A DNA stretch of 64,000 bases from Candidatus Parcubacteria bacterium (GCA_019347895.1 JAHWKM010000001.1:21924-85923); one strand, 5' to 3'; shown: positions 19,587 to 29,953, numbered from the stretch's first letter. Notes: generated from the sequence alone by a model not told the origin. A program made the numbers and translations.

Positions 19587-20582
19587 ATGAATTTCCTAGA
19601 TAAACTACCAAGGCCATTTTTTGTTTTGGCGCCAATGGACGACGTGACCGACACGGTTTTTCGGCAAGTTATTGCCGATTTGGCGCCGGCAGACTTATAT
19701 TTTACGGAATTTGTAAATGTCGACGGGCTGCAAAGTCCGGGCCGGGCCAATCTTATTAAAAAACTTAAGTTTAACGAAAAAGAACAGCCGCTAATCGCCC
19801 AAATCTGGGGTCTAGAGCCAGAAAATTTTTATAAAACCGCGAGAGAGCTGGTCGAGATGGGATTTGCCGGCATTGACTTAAACTTCGGCTGTCCGCAAAA
19901 AAATGAAATCAAATGCGGTGCTTGCGCCGCTCTTATGAATAACCGGACGCTGGCTGGTGAAATCATAAAGGCAACTCAAGAAGGCGCATGGTCCGCTGGC
20001 CAGCGCACTCCTGTCAGTGTCAAAACCCGCTTGGGTTTTAGCGAAGTAGATTTTAGCTGGCAGGAGTTTTTACTGGGGCAAAAGCTTAACATGTTAAGCA
20101 TCCATGGCAGAACTAAGCGGGAAATGAGCAAAGTACCGGCGCATTGGGACGAGATAGGCCAAATTCGCCAGCTGCGCGACAAGATTTCGCCCGGAACGTT
20201 AATGGTTGGAAACGGCGACATTCTTAGCCGCCAGCAAGGTGAAGAATTAGCAGATAAATATGGATTAGACGGTATAATGATCGGCCGCGGTGTCTTCCAA
20301 AACCCCTTTATATTTTCCAGGGTTAAACCCTGGAAATGGGGGGAGTGGGATGCGGCAAGTAAAATTAAGCTGTACCAAAAGCATGTCGAGTTATTTCGGG
20401 ATACCTGGTCCGCTGGTCAGCGGAGCGAGAGGCCGATAGCAACTCTCAATAAATTTTGCAAAATTTATATCAACGGCTTTGACGGCGCCAAAGAAATGCG
20501 CGAAGATTTGATGCACTGCAAAAGCGCCGAGGAATTACTTTCAAAATTACAGGCGCATAAGTATAATCAAGCAGAAGTTTAA
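19587..20582 (+). CDS. tRNA-dihydrouridine synthase (Dus)
   Basis: LAPM, IDLNFGCP, VSVKTRLG, IHGRT, NGDI and MIGRG motifs. Confidence 0.92.
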   Translation: MNFLDKLPRPFFVLAPMDDVTDTVFRQVIADLAPADLYFTEFVNVDGLQSPGRANLIKKLKFNEKEQPLIAQIWGLEPENFYKTARELVEMGFAGIDLNFGCPQKNEIKCGACAALMNNRTLAGEIIKATQEGAWSAGQRTPVSVKTRLGFSEVDFSWQEFLLGQKLNMLSIHGRTKREMSKVPAHWDEIGQIRQLRDKISPGTLMVGNGDILSRQQGEELADKYGLDGIMIGRGVFQNPFIFSRVKPWKWGEWDAASKIKLYQKHVELFRDTWSAGQRSERPIATLNKFCKIYINGFDGAKEMREDLMHCKSAEELLSKLQAHKYNQAEV

Positions 20583-20592
20583 GGAAATATTT

Positions 20593-21270
20593 ATGTCGAA
20601 TTTAATGACGGAAGCCGAAGCCTTGCAAGCCTTAAAAGACAAAGGCTCATTATATGCGCCCGAAGATGGTTATCACTTCAAAGGTGCCAGCGGCAAGCAT
20701 ATCAGCGGATATTGCAACATTGATCCGGTTTTACCCTTTACGGACTTGCTATCCAAAATGACCGAAGCAATAATAGAAAATTTTATAGATGACGGAGTAG
20801 AAACCGTGATCGCGCCGGCTACAGGCGGAATTCCTTTGACCCAGTGGGGGTCTCATCATTTGCAGAAAATAAATGGCGGCGAAGTACTGGGGGTTTGGGC
20901 AGATAAAGCCAAACCCGAGGGTTTTGCAATCGAGCGGGCTGGTTTTGCCGAAGCCATTAAGGGCCAAAAAGTGTTAGTGCTTGAGGACGTTGTCAATACT
21001 ATGTACTCTATAAAGCAGGTTATCGAACTGGTGCGCGAACACGGAGGTGATGTTGTTGGCCTGGGATCGGTGGTTGCTAACCGCGGCGTCAGCGCCGAAG
21101 CCCTGGGGGTTAATAAATTCTTTAACTTAGCGACCTTTGCTTATGACTCTTGGAAAGAAGCGGAGTGCGAGCTGTGCGCCCGTAAAGTTCCGATGGTAAT
21201 TGATATAGGCCACGGTGATAAATTCGCTGCAGCACACCCGGATTATCCGACCGTAAAAGTTTTAAAATAA
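20593..21270 (+). CDS. pyrE: Orotate phosphoribosyltransferase-like type I PRTase
   Basis: GYHFKGASGKH, PATGGI and PRPP-binding VLVLEDVVNT. Confidence 0.7.
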   Translation: MSNLMTEAEALQALKDKGSLYAPEDGYHFKGASGKHISGYCNIDPVLPFTDLLSKMTEAIIENFIDDGVETVIAPATGGIPLTQWGSHHLQKINGGEVLGVWADKAKPEGFAIERAGFAEAIKGQKVLVLEDVVNTMYSIKQVIELVREHGGDVVGLGSVVANRGVSAEALGVNKFFNLATFAYDSWKEAECELCARKVPMVIDIGHGDKFAAAHPDYPTVKVLK

Positions 21271-21312
21271 TATTCGATGGTGGGGTATGGCCTAAGCATT
21301 TTACCGAGAGTA

Positions 21313-21846
21313 TTATTTTGAAGGCACATTAAATTCCTGACAAATAGCAGTAAGAGTATCGAGATCTTCTTGCCATGCCAATGAACCATGTGTGCTATCT
21401 ACAGGAGGAATAAACCAACCGGTCAAATTCAGTTTGATGTCAGTATCAGAATCTGCATCCCTGAGCACTACACTAAAACGTTCATCATTATGGTGTTTAC
21501 CGTCCATGCTAACTTGCAGTAACCGTTCTACATTTATAGTGCGGGTTTCGTCTACCGATATGGACCTAAATAGCATAAGTTTTTTGCCCATATCAACTTC
21601 TACTAAATCACTGAAGGAAGAATGCTTAAAGTCCGGATTCATTAATGAGTCGAGTGCTGCAGTGCAACCTTTTCGTGCTTCTTGGGTACGCGCACTATTT
21701 TGCTGTCTTTCTGATACTGATAATTCCGAATCGGGTATTGATGCTTCAAATGCTGTCTTTAGGATTCTTTGGCTCTCCTCGGCAGATATGCCCGGGCGAG
21801 TAAGGGCAATTTCTCGAGACGTTCTAAATAAAGTTTCGCAATCCAT
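21313..21846 (-). CDS. Orphan hypothetical protein in the tRNA-Ile2-linked island
   Basis: Probable start MDCE at 21846; AT-rich. Confidence 0.6.
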   Translation of the reverse strand: MDCETLFRTSREIALTRPGISAEESQRILKTAFEASIPDSELSVSERQQNSARTQEARKGCTAALDSLMNPDFKHSSFSDLVEVDMGKKLMLFRSISVDETRTINVERLLQVSMDGKHHNDERFSVVLRDADSDTDIKLNLTGWFIPPVDSTHGSLAWQEDLDTLTAICQEFNVPSK

Positions 21847-22155
21847 ATTTAAGTTAAGAATAACAGGTAATTTTAAAAATGTCAATTGATGGTAGGTGTT
21901 GGCTCGAATTTGGAACCAAGTGAAGCGGGAACTGATAGCTTTGCATGGAATAGTAATAAGGTGCGGCAACTAATGATGGTGAAATATTAAGTGTATTATA
22001 GTATTAAACCAAGCATTTTTTCACAGAGAAAATGCTTGTATAGGTGTGTGAGCATTTAGACTACCCGCCTGGCATAGTAAAGCTGATTAGGTAGGGGGCA
22101 AACTATATAACTTATGGCTCAATACTGTACAGAGAGTAGACACAACTTAGATATA

Positions 22156-22539
22156 CTATTCTTGTGGCTGGCGCTTCTCTGCTACGTCATTCACTACGAG
22201 AAACGCTAGGCCGGAGACTAAATAGGAATTATAGGCGGCATTGCGATTACCAAACGTTATGCTTAGCCCAGGATCTCTCATGATATTATCGACTCTGGCT
22301 TCTGTTAATGCCTCTATGGCCTTAACAGCTTCAGCCGTAGAAGGGTCTAAGTCGGTCGGCAGTTGACCATGGTCGGCTTTATGTTTCTTGGCTCTAAAAT
22401 ATGTGCTTAGGAAATCTACTCCGGGCGGAGTGACTATAGCTGCTTCAACCTTAGACATTGCTGTTTCGTACAACTCTTCCGTACCGGCGACAGTAGTCTC
22501 GTGAATGTGCTGTTTTATTGATTCAAATGGATCTGCCAT
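22156..22539 (-). CDS. Orphan hypothetical protein
   Basis: Probable start MADP, with TTGACA/TATAGT-like promoter just upstream. Confidence 0.6.
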   Translation of the reverse strand: MADPFESIKQHIHETTVAGTEELYETAMSKVEAAIVTPPGVDFLSTYFRAKKHKADHGQLPTDLDPSTAEAVKAIEALTEARVDNIMRDPGLSITFGNRNAAYNSYLVSGLAFLVVNDVAEKRQPQE

Positions 22540-22920
22540 ATTCGCAAATACTATATCGCAGAAATAGGTATATGTCAAATGACGGGCAGAAGATACAATT
22601 TTTGAACTTATGATAGCAGAACTGGAGGGTGGTTTATTGATAATCCGCTACCACCTGGCGTAAAGAATACAGACAGGTTGCCAGCACCTTAATCGAGCAA
22701 GCTTACAGATATTAAGCCGGTTATTATGTATAGCGTGAAGTGTTTTGAACCTTCGTTCGCAATGGAACCAGATAAGGTTTTATCTCTTAGATTTGTATAG
22801 CGCTATTAAGAGTAGCAATCTGATGAAGTTGCCTGAATAGGCTAGAACCTTCATTTAATATGATGCCTCCAAAATTTCTTTTATTCTTTACTCGTAAGTC
22901 CGAGTTCTTTGCCAAAGGAA

Positions 22921-23364
22921 CTAGTCTCTTTTGAGTACGCCCCAGTCTGTAACATAGTTCATAAAGAATGCTTCTTCGTCAGGGTTATACCCACGGAAAC
23001 GACCTTCGCGACGATAAGCTTGCACTAAATCAAGAGGTGCAAATCTGTCAGGGTCTAACGATGCTTTAAGAACTATGCGCCCCATATGATTGCCCCGGTA
23101 ATTCTCCAAAATGTCATCGGGAACTTCTAAGCCATCTTCTAAGTCATCTAAGTATGAATCTACTAGCTGACGCTCAGCCGAAAAACTCCCCGCATCTAGT
23201 ATATATAAGCCATATGCAACTTCGACAGGAGAAGTGGTTGAAGAGGTAGCTATATCAGCTTTAACTATTCTCACTTCACTGTTCTCTGGAAGCCATAATT
23301 TCGCCGGAATAACTTCGGGTATCTGCTCAACAGACTCAAAAACAGGCAAGCCAGGATAATTCAT
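22921..23364 (-). CDS. Orphan hypothetical protein directly downstream of tRNA-Ile2
   Basis: 147-aa ORF with TTGCAT...TATAAT immediately upstream. Confidence 0.65.
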   Translation of the reverse strand: MNYPGLPVFESVEQIPEVIPAKLWLPENSEVRIVKADIATSSTTSPVEVAYGLYILDAGSFSAERQLVDSYLDDLEDGLEVPDDILENYRGNHMGRIVLKASLDPDRFAPLDLVQAYRREGRFRGYNPDEEAFFMNYVTDWGVLKRD

Positions 23365-23403
23365 GTATTAATTATAACATTGTAAACTATATAATGCAAG
23401 TTG

Positions 23404-23479
23404 TGGTGGGGGTGCCTGGATTTGAACCAGGGACCAATCGGTTATGAGCCGACTGCTCTAACCACTGAGCTACACCCCC
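23404..23479 (-). tRNA. tRNA-Ile2 (CAU, lysidine type)
   Basis: GGGGGTGTAGCTCAGTGGTTAGAGCAGTCGGCTCATAACCGATTGGTCCCTGGTTCAAATCCAGGCACCCCCACCA; anticodon arm resembles Ile2 rather than Met. Confidence 0.9.
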
Positions 23480-23557
23480 AGTGAAGTACCGCTCCAGAAC
23501 TGCAATAGTAACAGATAGAGTATAGCAGATTTGAAGAAGTTGTATAATTGGTATGGT

Positions 23558-24004
23558 ATGCAAGCTAAAATAAAAATTTCTGATCTGCGCCGAGTTATCA
23601 AGACTCTCAGCGACGTAAGGCTGGTCGGGCTAATTATGTTCGGTGTGGTGGCGGTCTTGGTGGCCTGGAGCAGTCTCAAAACTCTGCAAGTGAATTATGA
23701 ACTGCAAAAAAAAGAAGCGGTCCTGCGCCAAAAAAATACCAACCAAAAATTGTCAAACGAAAATCTAAAACTAAAAAACACCTATCTGGAAACGGATGAA
23801 TATCTGGAACTCACGGCCCGCCGGCAATTTAACAAAGCCGCTCCCGGCGAGAAACTCTACCTGATACCGGAAGAAGTAGCCCTAAGCAAAACAGCTGAAT
23901 TGCCGTTAGACCAGCCAGAAACCAAAGAAGAATTAGACAAGAGTAAGCCCAAATACCAGCAAAACTTTGAAGCTTGGCTAGATTTCCTACTGCAAAGAAA
24001 TTAA
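23558..24004 (+). CDS. Septum formation initiator (FtsB/DivIC) family
   Basis: TM plus coiled coil; YLELTARRQF...PGEKLY. Confidence 0.8.
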   Translation: MQAKIKISDLRRVIKTLSDVRLVGLIMFGVVAVLVAWSSLKTLQVNYELQKKEAVLRQKNTNQKLSNENLKLKNTYLETDEYLELTARRQFNKAAPGEKLYLIPEEVALSKTAELPLDQPETKEELDKSKPKYQQNFEAWLDFLLQRN

Positions 24005-24058
24005 AACAGTGTACTATTTCCCTATATTACTGCGATAATAAATGGCAGAGGAGAAAAA

Positions 24059-24328
24059 ATGAGTCCAGAAGGCTATAGTAAAAGAGAAGGTGCAGGATGG
24101 CTTAGAGCCTTAGGGGAAGAGTCACTAATAGGCGGCGAAATTAATGGGAAACCGGCTGAACGTTTTTTGGATGAGTGTCCTGATAAGCACCGAGACCGGG
24201 CAATAAATTTGTTGACAGGCCTTGCGAAAATGCAAAGAGAAGGCCATCCCCAGTTTGAAAGCTACCGGGAGGTTCTAAGAGAAAGATTTGACAGATATGT
24301 AAATAATCCACAGGAACCTGGGGGTTAA
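24059..24328 (+). CDS. Hypothetical protein
   Basis: AGAGGAG SD; 89-aa ORF. Confidence 0.6.
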   Translation: MSPEGYSKREGAGWLRALGEESLIGGEINGKPAERFLDECPDKHRDRAINLLTGLAKMQREGHPQFESYREVLRERFDRYVNNPQEPGG

Positions 24329-24333
24329 GAAAT

Positions 24334-25917
24334 ATGGGTGGGGGCGTTCAATCAATTCAATCAGAAGAAACACAAATATCATTTGAATATCAACACGGTA
24401 GCGGCGAAACATTCAAGGTTGATTCTGTAGAGGAGGCTCATGCCGCCTGTCCCTTCTTGGGTAAGCTTAGTCTTGAAGAAGCTGAGATGATGCTGGAAAT
24501 GCAAGCGCTAGGTAAACAAGAGCAAGAGGATCTCCAACAAAAACAAAATGAAGCTGAAATGTCAGCTCGTGACAGAGAAAAAGATCAGGATTTTTCTAAA
24601 AGTTTGTCTGATATATTGGCCAAAAATACTATATCAGAAGAAACCACAAGCCAGGAGAACCGTAGGATTGAGTGGGCTCGCCAAGAACATGAAATGGCCG
24701 AAGCGCGGAGAAAATTGATCGACGATATACTGCAGGAACAGTCAGCTTCGCCTGAACCCAAAGCCAAGGAAAAACCTTCTCCTAAGAAAGAAAAAGCGGT
24801 TGCTGACAATAAGGCCCGTGCAGACAAAAATCCCAAACAAGTTAAAATTACTCCTGATGCAGAGAAAAGAGTTAAGCCAAAAATCAAAACAGCCCCTGAC
24901 CAGACCGCTGAAACCCAAGATACTCCAGCCAAAAAACCCCTAAAAAACTCGTCTGATGCAGAAGGGGCAAGACGGCCGCTGAAATTAGAAGAAGCTAAGC
25001 GTCAGCCGGCTAGGCCGGATTTAAGCGGCGATGAGTCTATTGCCGCAGCTGACCCCACTGCTGAAACGGTCGAGGCTCCAGGAAGGCGTGAATTTGCCGC
25101 CCTGGAACAGCCGGGGATCGCTCAAGATAACGTCTGGGCGGAAGATGCAGAACTGTCTGAGCATAGCGAACCGGACGAACTGGAATATATTGAGCCGGAA
25201 AGAGCACTGGCAGCGGAATTTGCTGAAGAAGACTATCGGCCCGCGGATCAAACACCAGCGCCAGACGGTGAAATTTTAACCGCTGCTTACGAAGAAGCCG
25301 TGCATGAAATTTACGAAGATGACAGGTTAAGCATTGTGAATGAAAAGCTGGTGGCTGACGAAATCGATCATTCCCAAGACAGCCAAATCTCATCCCAGCC
25401 GGAACAGGCGGATTACGCAGAGATTGACGAGAACATCGTGACTTTTAGCGAGCAGACACAGCTAGCTCTGCAAACGGCCGAACCTGAAATAATTGAGCGA
25501 GCGGAACATCTAATTGATCAAATTGAAAGCATTATTTTAGAACCTGCTCCAGGTGCCGCGGATTTAAGCGAGTCTATTGAAGCAGAAAATATAAAGCCAG
25601 CGGAAGATGACGAGGAAATTATTAAAGATGAAGTCGCAGCCTTGGTGACCGAGCTATCTGATACTCTTAAGCTGGATTATTCTAAAGAAGAAATAGCCGA
25701 AATCGCGGCCAGCTTGATTGAATTCAAGCAGAAACTTCAAGACCGTCCGCAGATTGCCAATTTATTGCCGGAAGAAAAAGGCACCAGAGAGTTCAAATTA
25801 AGCCGGATTAGCAGCCAGTTGGGGCAAATTAAAAACCGAGTCGCGCGGATTCATCCGCTTCTTGGTTTTATCGCCTTAGCCAAACGATTCGATCTGCAGC
25901 TTAAATTAGAAATTTAG
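24334..25917 (+). CDS. Large acidic, low-complexity hypothetical protein
   Basis: 527-aa E/D/A/K-rich ORF. Confidence 0.7.
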   Translation: MGGGVQSIQSEETQISFEYQHGSGETFKVDSVEEAHAACPFLGKLSLEEAEMMLEMQALGKQEQEDLQQKQNEAEMSARDREKDQDFSKSLSDILAKNTISEETTSQENRRIEWARQEHEMAEARRKLIDDILQEQSASPEPKAKEKPSPKKEKAVADNKARADKNPKQVKITPDAEKRVKPKIKTAPDQTAETQDTPAKKPLKNSSDAEGARRPLKLEEAKRQPARPDLSGDESIAAADPTAETVEAPGRREFAALEQPGIAQDNVWAEDAELSEHSEPDELEYIEPERALAAEFAEEDYRPADQTPAPDGEILTAAYEEAVHEIYEDDRLSIVNEKLVADEIDHSQDSQISSQPEQADYAEIDENIVTFSEQTQLALQTAEPEIIERAEHLIDQIESIILEPAPGAADLSESIEAENIKPAEDDEEIIKDEVAALVTELSDTLKLDYSKEEIAEIAASLIEFKQKLQDRPQIANLLPEEKGTREFKLSRISSQLGQIKNRVARIHPLLGFIALAKRFDLQLKLEI

Positions 25918-25965
25918 CCGAACTAAACCGGCGATTTTGCGCGAGTCCGGTATATAATAACCTTA

Positions 25966-26676
25966 ATGCTTAGAAAAAAAGGGGCTTTTTATTGTTTTTC
26001 ACCGCCGGTGATGCTGGCGACTTTTTTTATTGAGACCGCCTATATTTTGTACATACTGCTCCGCTACAAAGTCAGCCCGCTGACACGCCTGGCAATCGGC
26101 ATATTATCCCTTTTGGCATTATTCCAGCTAGCGGAATATTTCGTATGTACGGGTTCATCCTTTGCCGGCCAATTCTGGTCAAGAGTCGCGTTCGTTTCAA
26201 TTACATTTTTGCCGGCGCTTGGAATTCACTTTGTTTATAAGATCGCCGGCCGCCCTTGGAACAACCTTGTCGGCGCCGCTTACGGCATGGCCATAGCCTG
26301 GGTTGTAGTACTTGCTTTTCTGCCTGGTATTTTCAGCACATATAAATGCGGGGGCAATTACGTTATTTTCGATTTTAATAACCTGGGCGGGCCTTACTTT
26401 ATTTATTACTATTTTTGGCTGTTTATCGGTACCATCATGGCCTTGAAGTTCTCTTTGAATATGGCTAAGGCACAAAAGAAAACCAAGCAGGCGCTGATGA
26501 TGTTTATAGTTTCATACCTGGCTCTTCTTGTGCCAACTACGATATTAAACACCATAAATCCTCAAATCTACAAGGGGATACCCAGCATTATGTGCGGTTT
26601 CGCTGTTATTATGGCCACAATAATAACCTTCCTTATTTTGCCTCGTATAGCTAAGCTAAGGAATCAACAGGAGTAA
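25966..26676 (+). CDS. 7-TM membrane protein (HisKA_7TM-like, stand-alone)
   Basis: FQLAEYFVC, seven hydrophobic helices, GIPSIMCGFA. Confidence 0.65.
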   Translation: MLRKKGAFYCFSPPVMLATFFIETAYILYILLRYKVSPLTRLAIGILSLLALFQLAEYFVCTGSSFAGQFWSRVAFVSITFLPALGIHFVYKIAGRPWNNLVGAAYGMAIAWVVVLAFLPGIFSTYKCGGNYVIFDFNNLGGPYFIYYYFWLFIGTIMALKFSLNMAKAQKKTKQALMMFIVSYLALLVPTTILNTINPQIYKGIPSIMCGFAVIMATIITFLILPRIAKLRNQQE

Positions 26677-26682
26677 AGAGGA

Positions 26683-27507
26683 ATGACCTTGAAGCTTCCG
26701 CCCCGCCCGGCTAAGGGGCATAAGGGCACGTTCGGCAGCCTGGCTGTGGTAGGCGGGCAAATTAACGACGATAAGATTATGCTTGGCAGCGCAGCCTTCG
26801 CGGCTAAAGCCGGTATCCGCTCCGGGGTGGGCTTAGTTTATTTTGCAGCGGCTAGAGCCGTATTGAATCAGCTGATTCAAATGGTGCCCCAGGCAATTGG
26901 CGTGAATCTTGACCAGCTGGGAAAATCCGTAAAATCCAGCGCCTTAGTAATCGGACCCGGTTTAGGTGTTAGCCAAGCTACAGTTGAATTAATGGGAAAG
27001 GTTTTACCGCTTGGCCGGCCGACCGTGGTGGATGCCGACGGGCTGAATACTTTAGCCCAACAGCCTGATTTGCTTGACCTAATCCACAAACATTGCGTAT
27101 TGACGCCTCATCCAAAAGAGTTTGAGCGGCTGGCTAAAGCCGCCGCTGTAAAAACCGCTGACGAGTTAGCTGGGAAACTTGGTTGCTGCGTGGTTTTAAA
27201 AGGCGATAAAACCCTGGTAACTGACGGCCAAAAAAGCTGGCTTAACAACACAGCCAATCCGGCGTTAGCCACCGGCGGGACCGGCGATGTTTTAGCAGGC
27301 TTGATAGGCGGGCTGCTGGCCCAGTACGCGCCCAAACGGCTGTCCGTTTTTGAATGCGCTTGCCTGGGCGTTCAGATTCATTCCGAGGCAGGCTTAGCTT
27401 GGAAAGCCAAGCACGGCTCAGGCGGCCTGCTAATTGACGAGTTAATAAACTTAATTCCAAACATAATGGACCGCCTAAGAAAAGAGACCAAAAGGTCGGA
27501 CCTTTAA
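26683..27507 (+). CDS. nnrD: ADP-dependent NAD(P)H-hydrate dehydratase
   Basis: HKGTFG, GPGLG, DADGL, TPHPKEF and GGTGDVLAG motifs. Confidence 0.9.
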   Translation: MTLKLPPRPAKGHKGTFGSLAVVGGQINDDKIMLGSAAFAAKAGIRSGVGLVYFAAARAVLNQLIQMVPQAIGVNLDQLGKSVKSSALVIGPGLGVSQATVELMGKVLPLGRPTVVDADGLNTLAQQPDLLDLIHKHCVLTPHPKEFERLAKAAAVKTADELAGKLGCCVVLKGDKTLVTDGQKSWLNNTANPALATGGTGDVLAGLIGGLLAQYAPKRLSVFECACLGVQIHSEAGLAWKAKHGSGGLLIDELINLIPNIMDRLRKETKRSDL

Positions 27508-27586
27508 CAGATAGAGAAATTGCAATTTTGTCGGCTAAAACTTTTCGCTATCAACAGATAGATGTTAATTTGCTCTAAGCACTAAA

Positions 27587-28018
27587 CTATTTGCTCTTGC
27601 TCTTGACGGCAATCTTTTTAGGCTCAGGCAGCTTTTTGAACGGCACAACTACCTTTAGTACTCCTTCTTTCATGTCAGCTGAGATATTGTTCTCATCGGC
27701 CCGTTCTGGCAGGGCAATCCGGCGATAAAAGCTGGAGCTGCTTTCGCGAACCACATATTTTTTCTTCTTGTCTTCTTCTTTTTCGCGTTTCTCAGCGCTA
27801 ATTACCAGCGCTCCTTTATCTATATGCACATCCACGTCCTTTTCGGAAAAATTAGGCAGGTGCGCCTCGACGGTTAATTGTTTATCGTCATCGGTATAAA
27901 CGTCGGTAGTCGGTACGGTCAAGCCTTTAAACGGCGAAGCGAACAGGTCGTCGCCAAAAAATTGTTTTTGCAAAGCCCGCATTTCTTCAAACGGGTCAGA
28001 ACGAACTAGATTACTCAT
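27587..28018 (-). CDS. Hsp20/alpha-crystallin small heat-shock protein
   Basis: SFYRRIALP and ADMKEGVLKV motifs; AGGAGG SD. Confidence 0.93.
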   Translation of the reverse strand: MSNLVRSDPFEEMRALQKQFFGDDLFASPFKGLTVPTTDVYTDDDKQLTVEAHLPNFSEKDVDVHIDKGALVISAEKREKEEDKKKKYVVRESSSSFYRRIALPERADENNISADMKEGVLKVVVPFKKLPEPKKIAVKSKSK

Positions 28019-28079
28019 AACAACCTCCTTATTTGAAATTAAATTTACGGGCCTTTAGCCCAATATCCAATATAAAAAA

Positions 28080-28106
28080 TTGGCACTCTGGTGTCAAGAG
28101 TGCCAA
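28080..28106. promoter_or_regulatory. CIRCE (HrcA operator) overlapping the hsp20 -35 box
   Basis: TTGGCACTC-N9-GAGTGCCAA perfect inverted repeat; minus-strand TTGACA-17-TATATT. Confidence 0.85.
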
Positions 28107-28312
28107 TCAAATTATCGCTAGGGTTTTCTGGGTTGTTAGAGCTTGGTGATTTTTGAAGACCTGAGCAAGTTGTAGCCAGCTATACTTGCTGGGCTGGAGA
28201 AAAAAGCGCCAAGGTGTGGTGTCTCAAGGAAGCCTAGGAAAATTTGAGTGGCAGTTTTTGATGCCCTGTCAAGAATGCTAATTGGGATTTTAATGGAAGG
28301 AAAAGTTAGTGA

Positions 28313-28507
28313 TCAAACTCCCATTTCAAGGTACCCGAATTCGTGAGGTTTCTTAAATGGAGACGCTATTCTGCCTAAAGCTACAGCCGCACTATTTTTG
28401 TCAAAAATAGTTTTATCATACTCAATTCTTCCATCCACTTCGGTACGATCACCTTCAGACGACTCCCTAGTGCGTTCATCTTCTATTCGCTCATTATTCG
28501 AAGCCAT
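28313..28507 (-). CDS. Small hypothetical protein
   Basis: AAAGGA SD before MASN; TATAGT upstream. Confidence 0.45.
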   Translation of the reverse strand: MASNNERIEDERTRESSEGDRTEVDGRIEYDKTIFDKNSAAVALGRIASPFKKPHEFGYLEMGV

Positions 28508-28708
28508 TATATTTCCTTTCAAAATTTTGTTGACACTATAATGATACCTAATAGAAATTCTAAAATAGGCAAATCAGGCTAATTTCGCTTTGTATGTGTA
28601 TTTTATACGGTTGTTTAACTTATTATTGATATAAACCATTGGCCTATGTGAAATGATAGAATAAGAGCAGAATAGAAAACAAACAATAATTGCTGATGGA
28701 GCTTTAAT

Positions 28709-29953
28709 TTGCACGATAAACTTAAGAAACTCGCGTCAAAAGCCAGAATAGATAGATTTACCAGGCTGCCCGATATTCTACGGATCTTCTTAAAAGACGA
28801 AGCGATTGGCGGCAAATTAATTTTGGCCGCCGCGCTGCTGGCACTTTTGATAGCCAATTCACCCCTGGTCGGTTATTATGAATCTTTTTGGAAGCAGCAC
28901 CTGAGCGTCGGGGTAAATCAATTTATTATCGATTTGGATCTGCGGCACTGGGTGAGCGAAGGGCTTATGGCGCTTTTCTTTTTGGTGGTGGGGCTGGAGA
29001 TTAAGCGCGAGGTTATCAGGGGGAATTTGCTTAAATTCAAATCGGCTGTTTTGCCGATAGGCGCGGCCATCGGCGGCATGGTGGTGCCGGCCACAATTTT
29101 TGTTTTAATAAATTTAAACCACCCGGCTAATTTAGACGGCTGGGCAATACCCATAGCCACCGATATTGCCTTCGCATTGGCGGTTATCAGCCTGCTTGGG
29201 CGGCGGGTATCATCAACGCTAAAAGTGTTCCTGCTGACCATATCCATAGTCGACGATATTGGCGCGATTTTAATCATCGGGCTGTTTTACGGCGCGGGAT
29301 ATGAGCTGCCCGCCCTGGCAATCGCGGCGGTTATCGCCGCCGTATTGTATGCGTTCCGCGCCCATAAATACATGTCAGCGCCTGTTTTTATTTTGATCGG
29401 ACTGGGGTTTTGGCTGGCTATTTTTAATTCCGGCGTGCATGCCAGTCTGGCGGGTGCTTTCCTTGGTTTTCTGGCACCGCTCAATGCTCCAATAAACCGG
29501 TATTCCATCGCGGAAAGACTGGAGAGACTGGTTTTGCCGATTTCCACCTTCATAGTTCTGCCTCTTTTTGCGTTCGCTAATTTTGGGGTCAAGCTATCAT
29601 TCGAAGGCGTGCAGGCGCCCGGAGCATCATCGCTAATGTGGGGAATAATCTTAGGGTTGTTTTTGGGCAAGGCTATCGGCATCAGTCTAATCACCTGGAT
29701 ATTAGTCAAGCTCCGCATGACTCGATTGCCGGCCCATGCCAACTGGATGCAGGTTATCGGAGTCGGCTTTATTGCCGGAATCGGCTTTACGGTCTCGGTG
29801 TTTATAGCGGATTTGGCTTACACCGGCCAGCCGATGCTGGTAAATGCCGCTAAGCTGGCTATCTTGGCAGGTTCTACTATGAGCGCGATTTTTGGATATT
29901 TTTTCCTGCGCTATCGCCGCCGCATAAGAGAAGTTCTTGATACGGAGATTTAA
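28709..29953 (+). CDS. nhaA: Na+/H+ antiporter NhaA
   Basis: GLEIKRE, GWAIPIATDIAFA, IVDDIG and GIGFTVS motifs. Confidence 0.93.
   Translation: MHDKLKKLASKARIDRFTRLPDILRIFLKDEAIGGKLILAAALLALLIANSPLVGYYESFWKQHLSVGVNQFIIDLDLRHWVSEGLMALFFLVVGLEIKREVIRGNLLKFKSAVLPIGAAIGGMVVPATIFVLINLNHPANLDGWAIPIATDIAFALAVISLLGRRVSSTLKVFLLTISIVDDIGAILIIGLFYGAGYELPALAIAAVIAAVLYAFRAHKYMSAPVFILIGLGFWLAIFNSGVHASLAGAFLGFLAPLNAPINRYSIAERLERLVLPISTFIVLPLFAFANFGVKLSFEGVQAPGASSLMWGIILGLFLGKAIGISLITWILVKLRMTRLPAHANWMQVIGVGFIAGIGFTVSVFIADLAYTGQPMLVNAAKLAILAGSTMSAIFGYFFLRYRRRIREVLDTEI

Noticed and set aside
22061-22686. Two weakly similar ctacc..cctggc segments at about 22061 and 22648
   Set aside because: Match too short and divergent to call a repeat
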